64,000 nucleotides of DNA from Penicillus capitatus (lineage: Eukaryota > Plantae > Chlorophyta). The notes under the pieces are model-generated. The model ran no database searches. It had not been told where the DNA came from and saw nothing but the letters and a program-made list of their open reading frames with translations. This document shows, in pieces, positions 49,677 to 61,413 of the stretch. The stretch covers positions 353,101 to 417,100 of the forward strand of contig OZ287696.1 in NCBI GenBank assembly GCA_965649825.1, read 5' to 3'. Each line of letters starts with the position of its first letter. Within the stretch, counting starts at the first letter, position 1. The position numbers were made by a program, and so were the translations under genes.

Positions 49677-51138
49677 CTAGATGAGTTTGCCAAGCTCTAT
49701 TTTTTTCGCAAGCGCATTGTGTCCGTGAAACACGAGGCTATCGATTATACCACTCACAGTAAAGATGCCTCCGATGATGGCGCAGAGACCCGTGAGGAAG
49801 TGTCCAAGGCTCTCCTTCTCCTCCATCACATGTACCTTGATGGGAGAGAGATCATAGAAAAAGAAAACGCCAGGCAGTTGATGCTCGTTAGAGCGCGTCT
49901 GTTTCTGGAAATGCTCGGTGACCGAGTACTGGTTGGTCCGGACGGGAACCTTGTGTAACGCGTAGTAGGTTGTGGGCACCACCTGCGGAGAACCATGATC
50001 TCTACAATGCCCCATAAAGGACGGTCGGTCACTTTGAGGAAGTACTGAAACATTCCAGCCATGTTCGCTGGATTCTGCGTCGTCCTCTGATGGACGACCG
50101 CCCCATCGAGTGGGTTGTCCATTCCTGGATAAGGCACGCCGAAGCTGAGATGGTTGATGCGATGAGTGAAGTCCAGATGTCTGTCTTCGAACGGCTGAAG
50201 GTCATGGACATGGACTGCCCCGCGCTGGTAGGAACGCCCCGGTGCGAAATGAAAATTCCCGGCGACTTTGTTGACAGTAAAGGAGCCACGTAACTGACAT
50301 CCTTCGCCGACGGTCGCGTTCTTCACTTCTTCCGCATGGCGTTCGTGTCGACACTGATGCACCATCGTGTCCGGCAATCGATCCCACTGGCGTTTGGCAT
50401 AGGCTTCGTGCACCTGTCACCAAAAGCGTTCCATGTACTGAGCGATCGCTGTGGGTAAAATGGCACTTCTTTGCACGTCTGGCAGCAAAGGACGTTGCGT
50501 TTGTCGTCTGGGAAGAAGGCATCCTCAGCGCCGTAGCAGCTTCCGCATACTTTGTTGGTGACGTCGATGTCTCTGTGTCCGACGAACTTGCCATCGACGA
50601 TGTCGTGGCGCTCCTCTTTTCCAACGGCACCGCCTGTGCTCGGATCGAGGCGACGTCGGTATACTTCATGCTCCTGCGAAAATCGCGTCGTCGGTGGGGA
50701 TGCGACGTCGGGTTGAGATACGAGATCAAACTTGAGCTCCCCGCTGATGTCCATCGCATCGAGACTGATCCAAGAACAAGGCGTCATCGGAAAAGAGATG
50801 TCGAACTGAGCATCGAACAGTGTCTGGGGGGTTTGGCAGATCGAACGGCGCGCGCACTCACGTTGACACGAATCTTTTCGCCGCGCGTCGTGTCCACGAG
50901 CAGCTCATGCTTGACCGTGACGGTCAGAAATTCGCCTACCTTGAGAAATAGGCACAATGGTCGAGTCGAATTTGAACAGACGGAATTCCGAGACAAAGAG
51001 GATGGCCATCAGAACAGTCGCCGTGGCTGAGATGACGCCGCCCGTTGACGTCTGCTGCGAGAAATCTTCACTGACTTTGGGATGCACATCGATCGATTTG
51101 AGAGAAGCAAGCAGTCGCGGAGAAGTGCCAGGCGACAT
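49677..51138 (-). CDS. ERGIC3: ER-Golgi intermediate compartment protein 3 (ERV46-like), multi-exon
   Basis: LKSIDVHPKVSEDF..TSTGGVIS, SLDAMDISGE, CGSCYGA, CCQTCKEV, EGCQLRGSFTVNKVAGNFHFAPG, FTHRINHLSFG, PGVFFFYDLSPI and FLTGLCAIIGGIFTV. Confidence 0.93.
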
Positions 51139-52042
51139 GTGTGTCGTCGCTGTGGCTTAGGGGGGACAGAGATTGCGATCGAAACGACGTCAGCGGTGGC
51201 GGCGGCAGTGTTGGCTAATGCATTCATCTTCAAATTTGCAGTTAAACACTCGATGATCGGTTCAGCGATGGACAATGGTTTCTGTCCTTCAGATCACATG
51301 CTATCATTGTTAATAGTTTTTGCATTAAGACTTCTGCTTTCCGTCTAAAGAACCGCTGACGGGTGGATTTTTATGTCAGTGGTGACAGCGTTGAATTCAT
51401 TTCGTTATTCCAATAACAGCTGCCTCAAAACCATTCCGGTAGGTCAAAGAAATTCCTGCATTTGGCAATCCCTCTCGACAATGAATAACGCGTGTGTAGT
51501 TTTTTATTTCGGGGGCGGATGTTGCAGAGGTGAAGAAGAAAGATCGCAATCATCCGTAGAGTGTACTAGAGAGTTGACGAAGACAGACAGCAAAACATGA
51601 TTGCCAGATGGTGATGATGAAAAGAGCGATGTTAACCCGAAACGACATCTGATTAAGATTTGACTGCATAAATCCGTCAGTTGTGAATGAAACAGAGAGA
51701 AAGACATGACATCGATGTCGAGAGGACTGTAATGATCTTTGATGTTTTTGTCGTGGTAGCCGCCGCTACTTCGAGTTCAGAAAATCACTCATACGTAAAC
51801 TTCGCTCCAAGTGAAACGCTTAAGATTGTCACTCACTCAATAACGTTTTCATTGTGAAAGAGCAAAGAAAAATAAAGACTGACTGCATGAGGATTGCATG
51901 AAATCGGTCAACTGGCCAAACCGGCTCAAGTGCAGAGCCCCTTTGTCAAAGAAAGTCGTTCTGTTGAGAGGAGGGGATGCACCCACCCGACGTGGCCTTC
52001 AAAAACTTGAGCTAACGGGGATTGGAATCGTTGACATCGCGT

Positions 52043-53082
52043 CTAGTATGGTCTGAAGCGATCTTCCATTCTATTGTTCATGTCTATTTGTTGGCCTCTG
52101 ACAAAAGGGCCGTAGCCGGCATACTGTGGTGGCAACATTCCTACTGGATATGTCATCCCGTAGCCTGCCATGCTCATTTCCGGGTACCCCATGCCGTAGC
52201 TGTTTAGACCAGGTGCGAACTTGGATGGCCGATGAGGGCCAACACACATGGTCTGTTGAGACGCCATTTGATCTCGAGGCACGGCGCGTCGAAGATCAAC
52301 TTTGCGACCTTTGATCTCGTGTTGTATGACTAAGCACTTTTCCACAGTCAACTCATCTGCAAAAGTGACGAAACCAAACCCACGCGAAGTACCATCTTGC
52401 TTGCGCACGATAACAGCATCCTGAATCTCGCCATACTTTTTGAAGTAATCCCGGAAATCTTCATCACTCAGTTCACCGGTACCGCCAACAAACAACTTCT
52501 TCGTGAGATTGCTTCCAGAACCAACTCCTTTTGGAACAGCAGCCTTGGCTTCGACGCTTTTGCCATCAATCGTATGATTTCGTTGCTAAGGCAGCAGACA
52601 CAAGTATTATGGACGGACTGCATGCAGAGGCATATAGCGGAGGACGGTGATGGTGACCTCATCCTACCTCTAAGAATTGTTGAGCTTTTTTAGGATCCAT
52701 GAATGTGATAAAACCAAAACCTCTGCCGTCCATGACAACGGCATCCGTTATTTCTCCCCTAAGCGGCAGACAGACGTCATCGGCGAATTGGCGCCGCCAC
52801 GGGAATAGACCTACCAATTCGAGCAGTATTTCAAGAGAGTTTCTTTGGTGGTTGAGCTATCAAGTCCACCCAAAAACAGTTTTCCTTGCGTGAACGTCGC
52901 TGGTCGAACAGATGGAGAGAGACCAGAGTAACCATAGCCTACGCCGAAAGCGGTTGTTTCCGAGACTACAAAAAACCGTGCTGCTTACATGGCGCCTGCC
53001 AGTCGACGGGAACTCCCATGCTTCTGCTCAAGCTTGCGCTGGTAGGCCCGTGGAAGTGCGTCCAGCCAACGTTCGAGTACAT
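52043..53082 (-). CDS. Two-RRM RNA-binding protein (hnRNP A/Musashi-like), multi-exon
   Basis: RRM1 has GKLFLGGL..WGEITDAVVM..RGFGFITF; RRM2 has KKLFVGG..YGEIQDAVIV..SRGFGFVTF. The tail is G/Y/P/M-rich and ends RFRPY. The start (53082 or 53019) is uncertain. Confidence 0.85.
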
Positions 53083-53403
53083 CTCTCTTAAACTACACAG
53101 TGACGAATTCGTCACGATGTCGAACGTAACACATTTGAACCAAGGGCACTGTGAAGATCGTTTGTGGAACACGTCCGTTGTAGTGGTGAAACTTTTAAAT
53201 ATATGCTCGCGACGCTTCGAGATGCAGTTTTTAGGGGAGCAAATAGGAATAAAGCAGATAAGAGGCGACAATAAAGAACGAGGAGCGGTACAGCACCTCT
53301 TCGCGGTATCTGAGGTCCGAAGATTCGATTGGACCGGACGATTCTCTAACCCCTTTTGGATAGTCCATCGACTTCCTTACATAATCGCTCTTAACAGAAC
53401 CAA

Positions 53404-55571
53404 CTAACAGACGTCCCGATGGCTTCCGGGCAGTCCAGATCGCGAAGCCGCCACCAAAGCATCCAGGTTTTGTAGTACAAAGCTTCTGTCTGTGGACTTG
53501 ACACCATGAGAAGCGAGTAACTGATGGATGTCCTTTGCCAGATAACGGAACGCAACGGCGAGGCGTTTCTTTGCAGAACGTCCTGTTCCTTGAAAGAAGA
53601 GAGGAAATAGCTGAGCGGAAGTGCCTCCCTCTGGCGGCCGCGAGGAGAGGCGTGCGGCAGAGGGCAGGGAGATGACTGTCCTCGAACCGAGAAGCTTAAT
53701 AGGATATCTCAAAGGGATATCGAGATAGAGAGAGCAGAGCACAACGACGCAGGCGACGTAGCTCAGAGCAGCTTCGATGCCTTCGTATTGCCCATGCGTC
53801 AAGGACCATTCCATAAATCCCGTTTCCACCATACGGCTCCAGTTTGGTGACAGATCCATACCAACGATACCCAGGTATGTTCGTTCGCGTTCCTGATCAT
53901 ACGGTTCCCTGAAAACAGCAGAAGCTCGGAAAGAGCGAACGTGTCAGAAAGGTAGGATACTTTTTGGGCAGTCGTAGTCGATCGACCAGTTGTTTTGGAG
54001 AAATAGTGGATTTGACACTCCACCATTGCGTGTCGACGATGTCGTCAATCTCAGGGAATTCTGTCGTCCTCTCGGCGATGTGGTAAGGCCGGATGCCGAA
54101 GATCGAAGCCATCGACGAGATCAAACGACATCGGCGCGTCACCAACTGCGTATGTAAACCTAAACACATCACGCACTCTTTTGGTCACACATACCATCCA
54201 TGCCCTTCACACTTTTGCTTTTTTGCACAATGTGATGGACTAAAGATATCTGAGCCTTGTGCCATCGCCCGGCCGCATCCTGCCACAAAGAGTGAAATGA
54301 TGGCAGATCTCTCTTGCCTTGACTCGACCTTCAAATCTGCCGACGTGGTACTCAGCGTTGCAAAACTCGATTTCATGGTGTTCTGCTGCTCTCCAAGATG
54401 TGCCTCTAACGCTCTGATCTTGCTCTCTGCCTCTTTGCCCTTCAGCATCCACGTTTCGGAAGATTGTTTGAGGCGCTTCAGTTTCTTGATCCTCTCGATC
54501 CGTTCCCTCTTTTGTTGAAGAAGTTGAGAAAGATAGAGATGCAGTCGTTTCCGTCGATCCGTGAGATCCTCGATGCCTTTGAATGCCGCCGCAAGACGCC
54601 GAATATCAACACGCCTCTCCACAATGTTGTACATCTTGTATCCTTGAGACTCATCTGTCCACGTGTCCCGACCATCTGTGCTTGCCGTGCTCTCCGGCGC
54701 CTGATGGCTTGAGCCCGAATCCTCCGAACGTGTATCCATCACTGCCGCTCCGGCGTCGCTGACCGATGACCGGGGGACTTCCTAAAGCGAGAAATACATC
54801 CTGGATGTGAAGGAGATCAACGACGAAACCTCTTTGACCGTCCCGAGAGGAACAGACTTGACGGATGCACCACACTCATGAGGCGACAGTTCTTGATCGA
54901 CCTCGTAGACTGGCATGCAATAGTGTCCCTCTCCCATACGAAACAGCATTCCTTTGAAGTCTGACACAACGCTAGGCAATCACCATCCCTGTCATCCTTA
55001 CCCGTTGCCGCACCTTCGCGTTTGCTGACTTGAATCACTTCATTTAGATCGACGGAGAGATGAAGGACGGACACAGATTCTTCTATCTCATCTGTCATGC
55101 ATGAGACAATGGGCGACGGGTTTGTGTGAGAGATGTGTGACCAGATGTGGCATAGACAGTGACGAGAAACACTCCCGATGCGTTGCCGTGCATCTGACTC
55201 GACGGCAATTCCAGCGATCCAAAATCGATATCTTCCCATTCTACATGAGACGAAGAGGCGACCTCGTTGGGAAGAACATCTCAACATGATGCCTCAAATG
55301 CCGAACAACCACTTCTTCGCTTTTGATGGTGATTGTTTTCCCCTCTTTTCCGAAAGTCTCGTGGCAGAGCGTGTAAAAAACGTGCAGTCCCTCTTTCACT
55401 TCGAGTCCAATCGTCTCTATTCCTTTCAAATGTCGCAGTCGTCTTCGAGGACGCTGTAAAGGAACACGGCGTCAGGGCCGGTCTCTTCTAGAAAAGCCGC
55501 CTTACGAAGAGAATCTTACTCTCCCGTTTAGAAGAAAAACTGACAACAGAGCGCTCGGGGAGTGTGGACAT
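53404..55571 (-). CDS. UVRAG: UVRAG/VPS38-like subunit of PI3K complex II (C2-like region, coiled coil, BARA-like region), about 7-8 exons
   Basis: Spliced product links RRLRHLKGI..KSEE-VASSSHVEWEDIDFG..VFLVTVY, a coiled coil, and RLISSMASIF..IEAALSYVACVV..YLDIPLRYPIKLLGSR..FPLF..YLAKDIHQL..LQNL. This parallels UVRAG RRLRHLRNI and ALGY..H....LQVPLRYPI..GSRS..FPLY..LLNKNIAQL. Confidence 0.75.
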
Positions 55572-55623
55572 CAGCAGCAGAAGCCGGACTCCACATGGAA
55601 AACTAACTGTACGACAAAATCGA

Positions 55624-56380
55624 ATGCATAAGAGACATCGGCGAAACGGAGGACGGGGGTTCACCTGTAACGGGTCGGGGAGACGCAGAGGAGGCGTCCA
55701 CAAAAAGCAAAGAACGGACAATGCCAAAAATGCCCGGTCCACCGGAGCAGCGTCTAAATCCGTTGCTCTGTGGGGTCAGCCAAATGCGGCGGGTCTCTTA
55801 GGCGAGAGATTGGAAAGTCTAGTGGTTTGGTTGTCAGCAGCGGCGTCGCCGAGGGAACACCTTTGATGAACCTAGATGCACGACAAAGGGTACGCCTCTG
55901 TCGCTCGGATCCTTGTCGGACTCCTGAACATGCAGGACGCATCCGACCAGGTCCACGAGCAGCAAGACACTGCTCAACGTTTGCCACATTTTCATTTTGT
56001 TTTTGTCTGCAATTTTCGATGTATAGCTTCGATCCGTCGACTGCCTGGGAAGTTACGTGTGCGACAGTCTGAAATCATCAAGCGTTTGGTGGAGACACAT
56101 GGCGATGATGTGCAAGTGCGCTAGACATCCAATGTTCCTTATGAACGCCATACCATCTTTGCCGCAGAGAATGGTAATGGATATGAAGCTGAATCCCTTT
56201 CAGTGGTCAACCGGAAAGCTGAAGAAATACATGACATCATATCAGTTTTGGGGCAAGCGTGAAGTTCAGCCGGATGCCACGATGAATGTGAAAAAACTGC
56301 GCTGGTATAATGACCCGCTGAATCCTAAGAAACGATTCTTTGTCGATCGCTATGCAATGAACAATGCGTCGTGCATGTGA
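55624..56380 (+). CDS. NOP16: Nucleolar protein 16-like (exon structure of the 5' half unresolved)
   Basis: IIKRLVETHGDDVQ-RMVMDMKLNPFQWSTGKLKK matches the Nop16 signature RL.EK.GDD...M..D.KLN..Q.T.G.L. A basic N-terminal ORF starts at ATG 55624. Confidence 0.55.
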
Positions 56381-56399
56381 AAGTTGACACCAATAGCAA

Positions 56400-57556
56400 A
56401 GTCGATAATGGCGATTCGAAACACGGTTAGGTGAAATGTTGGACAGGCTACATCTCCGTGTTGATGACCAGGCGGGAAGTTGCGGGACGGTTTCGTTCAA
56501 AAAAGCGTCTCTGGGAAGTTTTAGGGCGGAAACGAGTTGCGGAGAGATGTGCTGTTTCCTTGACGACATGCTTTTCCTTGACGACCGTTTGCTTAGTTTA
56601 CAGCGGGAGGCACCAAAGGAGGGTCCATTCGAGCATATTCGGCCGCGGACTGTCTTTTTTCTTGTTGTTATGACGTCATCAACAAAAGAGTCGCTTATGA
56701 ACGTTCACGTTGTCGTGGCATCGATTTCTATTGCGCTGGTAGGATGTTCCAAGACCATATTATATTTGGGTTCGATTAGTGCTGTTGAGTGTTCAGAATT
56801 ATCCTCCTGGTGAGCAATTCGACCGACGCCGCCAGCGCCGTTTTCATCCAAAACCGTCGTTGTATCGTCCACGCGTCTTTGTTAGCCTCGACGCTTAGAA
56901 CAGATACAAACCGCGCGCTGGTTTCAACGGCAGTATATTTCTTTTGCATTCGGACGCTGAAGTACTAGATATCTTTAGCTGCGGAGTGGGCGAGCGCCCC
57001 TTGCGCAGTGTCTCTTCTCGACGCAGCAAAGGCGCATACACTCTGTTGTCGCCTATGTGAGAAGACACAACAATCGTGTTGTAGTGATGAACAGAATATC
57101 GAATCCCTCCACACGCCAGCACGCGCAAGACACACGCTCTTAATTTTTTGTCTATCGTTGAGAACGATTTGCGGATAGAGCGATGCATCCGGCGGATAAG
57201 TATGTACTGTGTCGAAGTGGCGTGTATACCTTACCATAGGCAAACAACTTTTGCCATGATCCATCATTCCATTTCCTCTACCTTATCTGGCCCAGGTTCC
57301 CACAACTCGGGCAAGTGAAATGGCACTGAACTCGACAGCGAGGTATGTCTGTCCGTTTGTGGCCCTTTTTGAAGAATTGTACTGCGCTTTCTCGCCCGTC
57401 GTCTTGAGCCGTCTCGGGTCAAGTCGAGGATACGTACGATAGTTCTTACAAATTACGCATGGCTATGCTTCGACTGTGAACGATGCCGTCAACCAAAGAA
57501 CATAGAACCAGGAAAGCAAACAAGTGCCGGTCCTCTAGAGAGGTGCGCTGCCCCAT
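56400..57556 (-). CDS. Possible hypothetical spliced gene (structure unresolved)
   Basis: ATG at 57556 opens MGQRTSLEDRHLFAFLVLCSLVDG (signal-peptide-like), followed by GTAAG donors and several long open frames. No family recognised. Confidence 0.2.
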
Positions 57557-57594
57557 AGCCGCTGAGCGGATGGCGATTTGTTGTACAGTCCTCG

Positions 57595-60500
57595 ATGTGG
57601 ACCGTTCAAGAATGCATCGACCACTTTTCTGTGGAGAACGAGGCAAAAGCAAAACAGAATTGCGCGGCGAAACCAACCGCGAGAAAAGAACACAAACGCG
57701 ACGCTGTTGGTAGTACAACGCTGCCACAGATGCGTTCAGAGAACCACTGTCGGTCCCGTGACGACGAACGCGACCGTCATAAAGACGAAGGTTCTCGATT
57801 GCCGTTTTGGCGACCCGGTGCCAAGCAGAACGGAGAAACGTCGACCCGTCATCGCGGTTTAATGGAGACAGGCCTGGACGAATGGCAGCAGAGTGGAGGC
57901 GTCACACATCCATCGGTAGGTGCTATTCAACCAACGCTCCCAGAGACATTGGCATCCTGTAGAGAACGGAGCTCGAACTGTTAAAACACGTCAGAAATGG
58001 AGACCTCTGTCGAACGGCTCGTCTACTGAAACAAGGCACCGATCCAAATCGAAGGGTCACGAACAAGGTACCTTCAATGAAGCCGTCCGTCTCTGTATAC
58101 TATATGAGATGACACAGGGTGGCTGTGTATTGTCTATTGCCTCAGCGGGGGGTCATGCTCGGATGGTCAGTCTTCTCTTAAAATTCGGTGCCCTGGTAAA
58201 TGTGGCTGACGAGTTCGGTGGAACAGCGCTCTTCTCTGCCTGTCGGTTTGGCGCCGTAAGGGTGGCGAAGCTACTCTTGGGAAATGGAGCCGATGTCCTT
58301 GCCTGTACGCGAGATGGGGAGACGTGCATGATTGCTGCAGCACGGCGTAACCATTCGGAACTCATTCATTGCTTGGCACGGCACAATGCTCCTTTGAACT
58401 CGCTGATGCGAATGGGAATGACAGCATTGCACGTTGCCGTACAGGAAGGCAGTCACGAAGCTGTTCAAGCGTTGCTGGAATGTGGAGCAGATCCAAATCT
58501 CGGCGATCAGGGCGGGTTCTCTCCCTTGCATCACGCTGTGCTCTTGGCAGACGTGGCAATGACGAAATTGCTGCTGAAAGGAGGTGCTCGAGTGCACGTG
58601 CAGAATAGCAGAGGAGCCACGCCGTTGATCTCTCTTGTGTGTTCGGTGCTTTGCGGCATTCCGGTTGATGTGAAGCATATGGATTTATTACTCGAAAGCG
58701 GTGCGTCGTTCAGAGATCGAACAAAAGAGCAACTGATCAACCTATGCATCGATGCCATTCTGAAGGAGAAGGTCGACCTCGTGCGAATCTTCTTGGAGAA
58801 TGGATGCAGCTGCCACGATCAAACGGAGGTAGATCTATATCGCATTCAGCCAGTCTCCGATGCATACTTGGACGGTTACAGGAGATGCGAGGAGTTTCGA
58901 TGCTGGGGATCGCTGCTCAAGTAGGGAACATTGAAATCGGAAAATTACTGTTAGAACATGGAGCAGTTATGGAAACGCGTTTTCCGCCACTAATCGGTGC
59001 TGTGTACAACAACCGGCCTCAGTTTGCGCAGCTGCTGCTTCAGAAAGGGGCAGATGCGAGGGCATGTATCCGAGGGGATCAAAATTGCATGCAGCTCGCA
59101 GCCTCTGCGTCGTCTGTCGAAGGGTTGCCGAATCGACAGATGATGGAGACTCTCACACGAAATGGCGTCTCCATTGATTTGGCTGGAGAGAACGGAAAAA
59201 CCGCATTACATTTAGCAGCCATTGCTGGAGCGACATCATCCATCGACGTTTTGCTGGACTTGGGAGCACGTGTGGATTTAAGGGCAGCTTCTGGGCTCAC
59301 TCCACTCCATAGTGCTTGCATGCATGGCCGTTACGCGGCAACACGGCTCCTGATCGAAAAGGGCAAGGCTCCGATCGATTGCCGGACAGACGATGGATAC
59401 ACGGCACTGCATCTGGCCGTGCAGAACAAACAAGAGGATCTGGTGAAGTACCTGTTAGATCGCGGGGCCTTTGTCGATATTCCAACAGAACGTGGATGGA
59501 CGCCCATCATGAGCGCTATTTCGACAGAGAACGTCAATCTCGTCAAGATGCTGCTGGATTATGGAGCCAATACAGGTGACATCAACAACGAGGGCGAGAG
59601 CAGTCTCTGGATGGCCCTTCGTCTGTGGAATGTGAGAATTCTGCGGCTGCTTCTCAGCGCCGGGGCAGATGTTGAGGAAAGAGACGAGATGGACGTGACG
59701 CCTCTCTTGTTTGCCTGTCGGAATAATCGTAAAGACGTTGTCTTCTGCCTGATTCAACACTGTGCAGATGTCAATGGTGGCTCGTGGACGACAGACACGC
59801 CACTGACAGCAGCTATTCGTCTGAGAGACGAAGGCCTTGTCAAATTGCTGTTGGCTGTTGGCGTCGATGTCAACGGCATCGTCTTCATCGACGACACACC
59901 GACATCGCCACTCCATCTGGCCGTACATCTTCGCCAACCGGCTACCGTCAGACTTCTTCTCTCCGGAGGAGCAGATGCTGAGCAGGTTGTGGAGGGACAC
60001 ACAGCGCTGATCTTGGCATCAGCTTTGGGCGAGCTGGAGCTTGTGGAGATCCTCATTGAGTATGGGGCAGATGTGGACATGACGCCGATCGCAGGAGATC
60101 CCGCTATCGTCTGCGCAGCAATGAATCGTCACTTTGATGTGGTGAGAACGTTGGCAGAAGCTGGAGCCAATATCAATCTTCATTTGCCGTCAAGAACGAC
60201 GCTCCTGCATCTGGCTTGCTTAGCAGCAGATGTCGATACCGTCCAGACGCTGCTCGAACATGGAGCAGATCCGTTTGCAGAGGACAGTCAACATATGAGT
60301 GCCTTAGATGTGGCCAATCTCACCGGAAGGGAAGACATTAAGCAACACTTCCACCGGATAACGGAAGCACTCGTTGCCTTTTCTGTTCAAACGTCTGAAT
60401 GTGAAGACGATGCACCTGCTCACGTTCTTTCCAGATGGATGGCTCTAAATAAGTTGACCGACGATATGGAGGCCTTGTTCGTCTGCCCTATAACCATGAA

Positions 60501-60693
60501 TGTGATGAAGGATCCCGTCGTGGCACCCGATGGTCAATCATACGAGAGAGCAGCTATTGTTTCGTGGCTTGAAGTCCACGGCACGTCGCCAATGACCCGA
60601 CAACCAATGTCTGTAAATTCCCTTGTTCGAAATTTGAATCTGAAGCAACATATTGAGCTGTTCGAGAGAATGCAGCTTTCTTTGATGATCTGA
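57595..60693 (+). CDS. Ankyrin-repeat protein with C-terminal U-box (putative E3 ubiquitin ligase), about 4 exons
   Basis: Roughly 20 G.TPLH.A..G...V.LLL..GA repeats. U-box LFVCPITMNVMKDPVVAPDGQSYERAAIVSWL..HGTSPMTRQPM..LVRNLNLKQHI. Introns after HPS, RVTNK and DQTE join the ORFs. Confidence 0.9.
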
Positions 60694-61413
60694 ATAGCGG
60701 AAAGCAGATAGAGATTTAAGGGGCTACTGCACCCCAGTGTTTCATTTAGATGTCCTTTCGTTTTGAAAAACGGTTCAAGTCTTCCTAACGCACCAGGTAT
60801 CCAAATGAGTGCACCTTGTAAGTTTTTTCTTATACTGTGGGTGTTGTTTTCGTCTTGACGAAGACGATGTTTTATCACGCATGTAACAATTCTTCTACTT
60901 CTTGCACTCGTGTCCTCCAAGTCCGTGACCACAGTAACCCTTCATTCGTCGTCACGCACACGAGGAGAGCAGAATGCAAAAGATAGAACTGAGCGCTTCT
61001 CCAGGCGACAAGGGAAGGATAGATCAACTAGGAGACTTCTTGGAAGCCAACAGCGAGCAGCAATCGCTCTCTTATCGATCACCTTCTGTCCAACTTGCAT
61101 GTGACCCAGTCTTGCACAGGTTCCTTGACATAGGTGTTTGATCACTGGACAGGGTTGATTCAGACGTCAGTCCTTCAGAATCAGAAGAGAGAGAAGACGG
61201 TTGGCGTTATCGCTGTTGAGGCAAGTTGCGAGACATCCATCGGACGCAAAAGCATGGCATCGTAGCAACGATCATCAAAATAGAGTGGTGAAGAGAGAAC
61301 ACTGCTTCAAGTGGCGAGGACGGTTCAGGCAGCGCGCGTCAAATTTATTTCTGCTCTCCTGTCATCAATGCAACGATCGCGTACTGCATGTCGGCCTTTG
61401 TGTTTGTTTCGAT

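Noticed and set aside
52966-52988. Apparent 23-nt GTAAG..TAG micro-intron in the RRM gene
   Set aside because: A downstream acceptor gives a 50-nt intron in the same phase, matching the local size mode.
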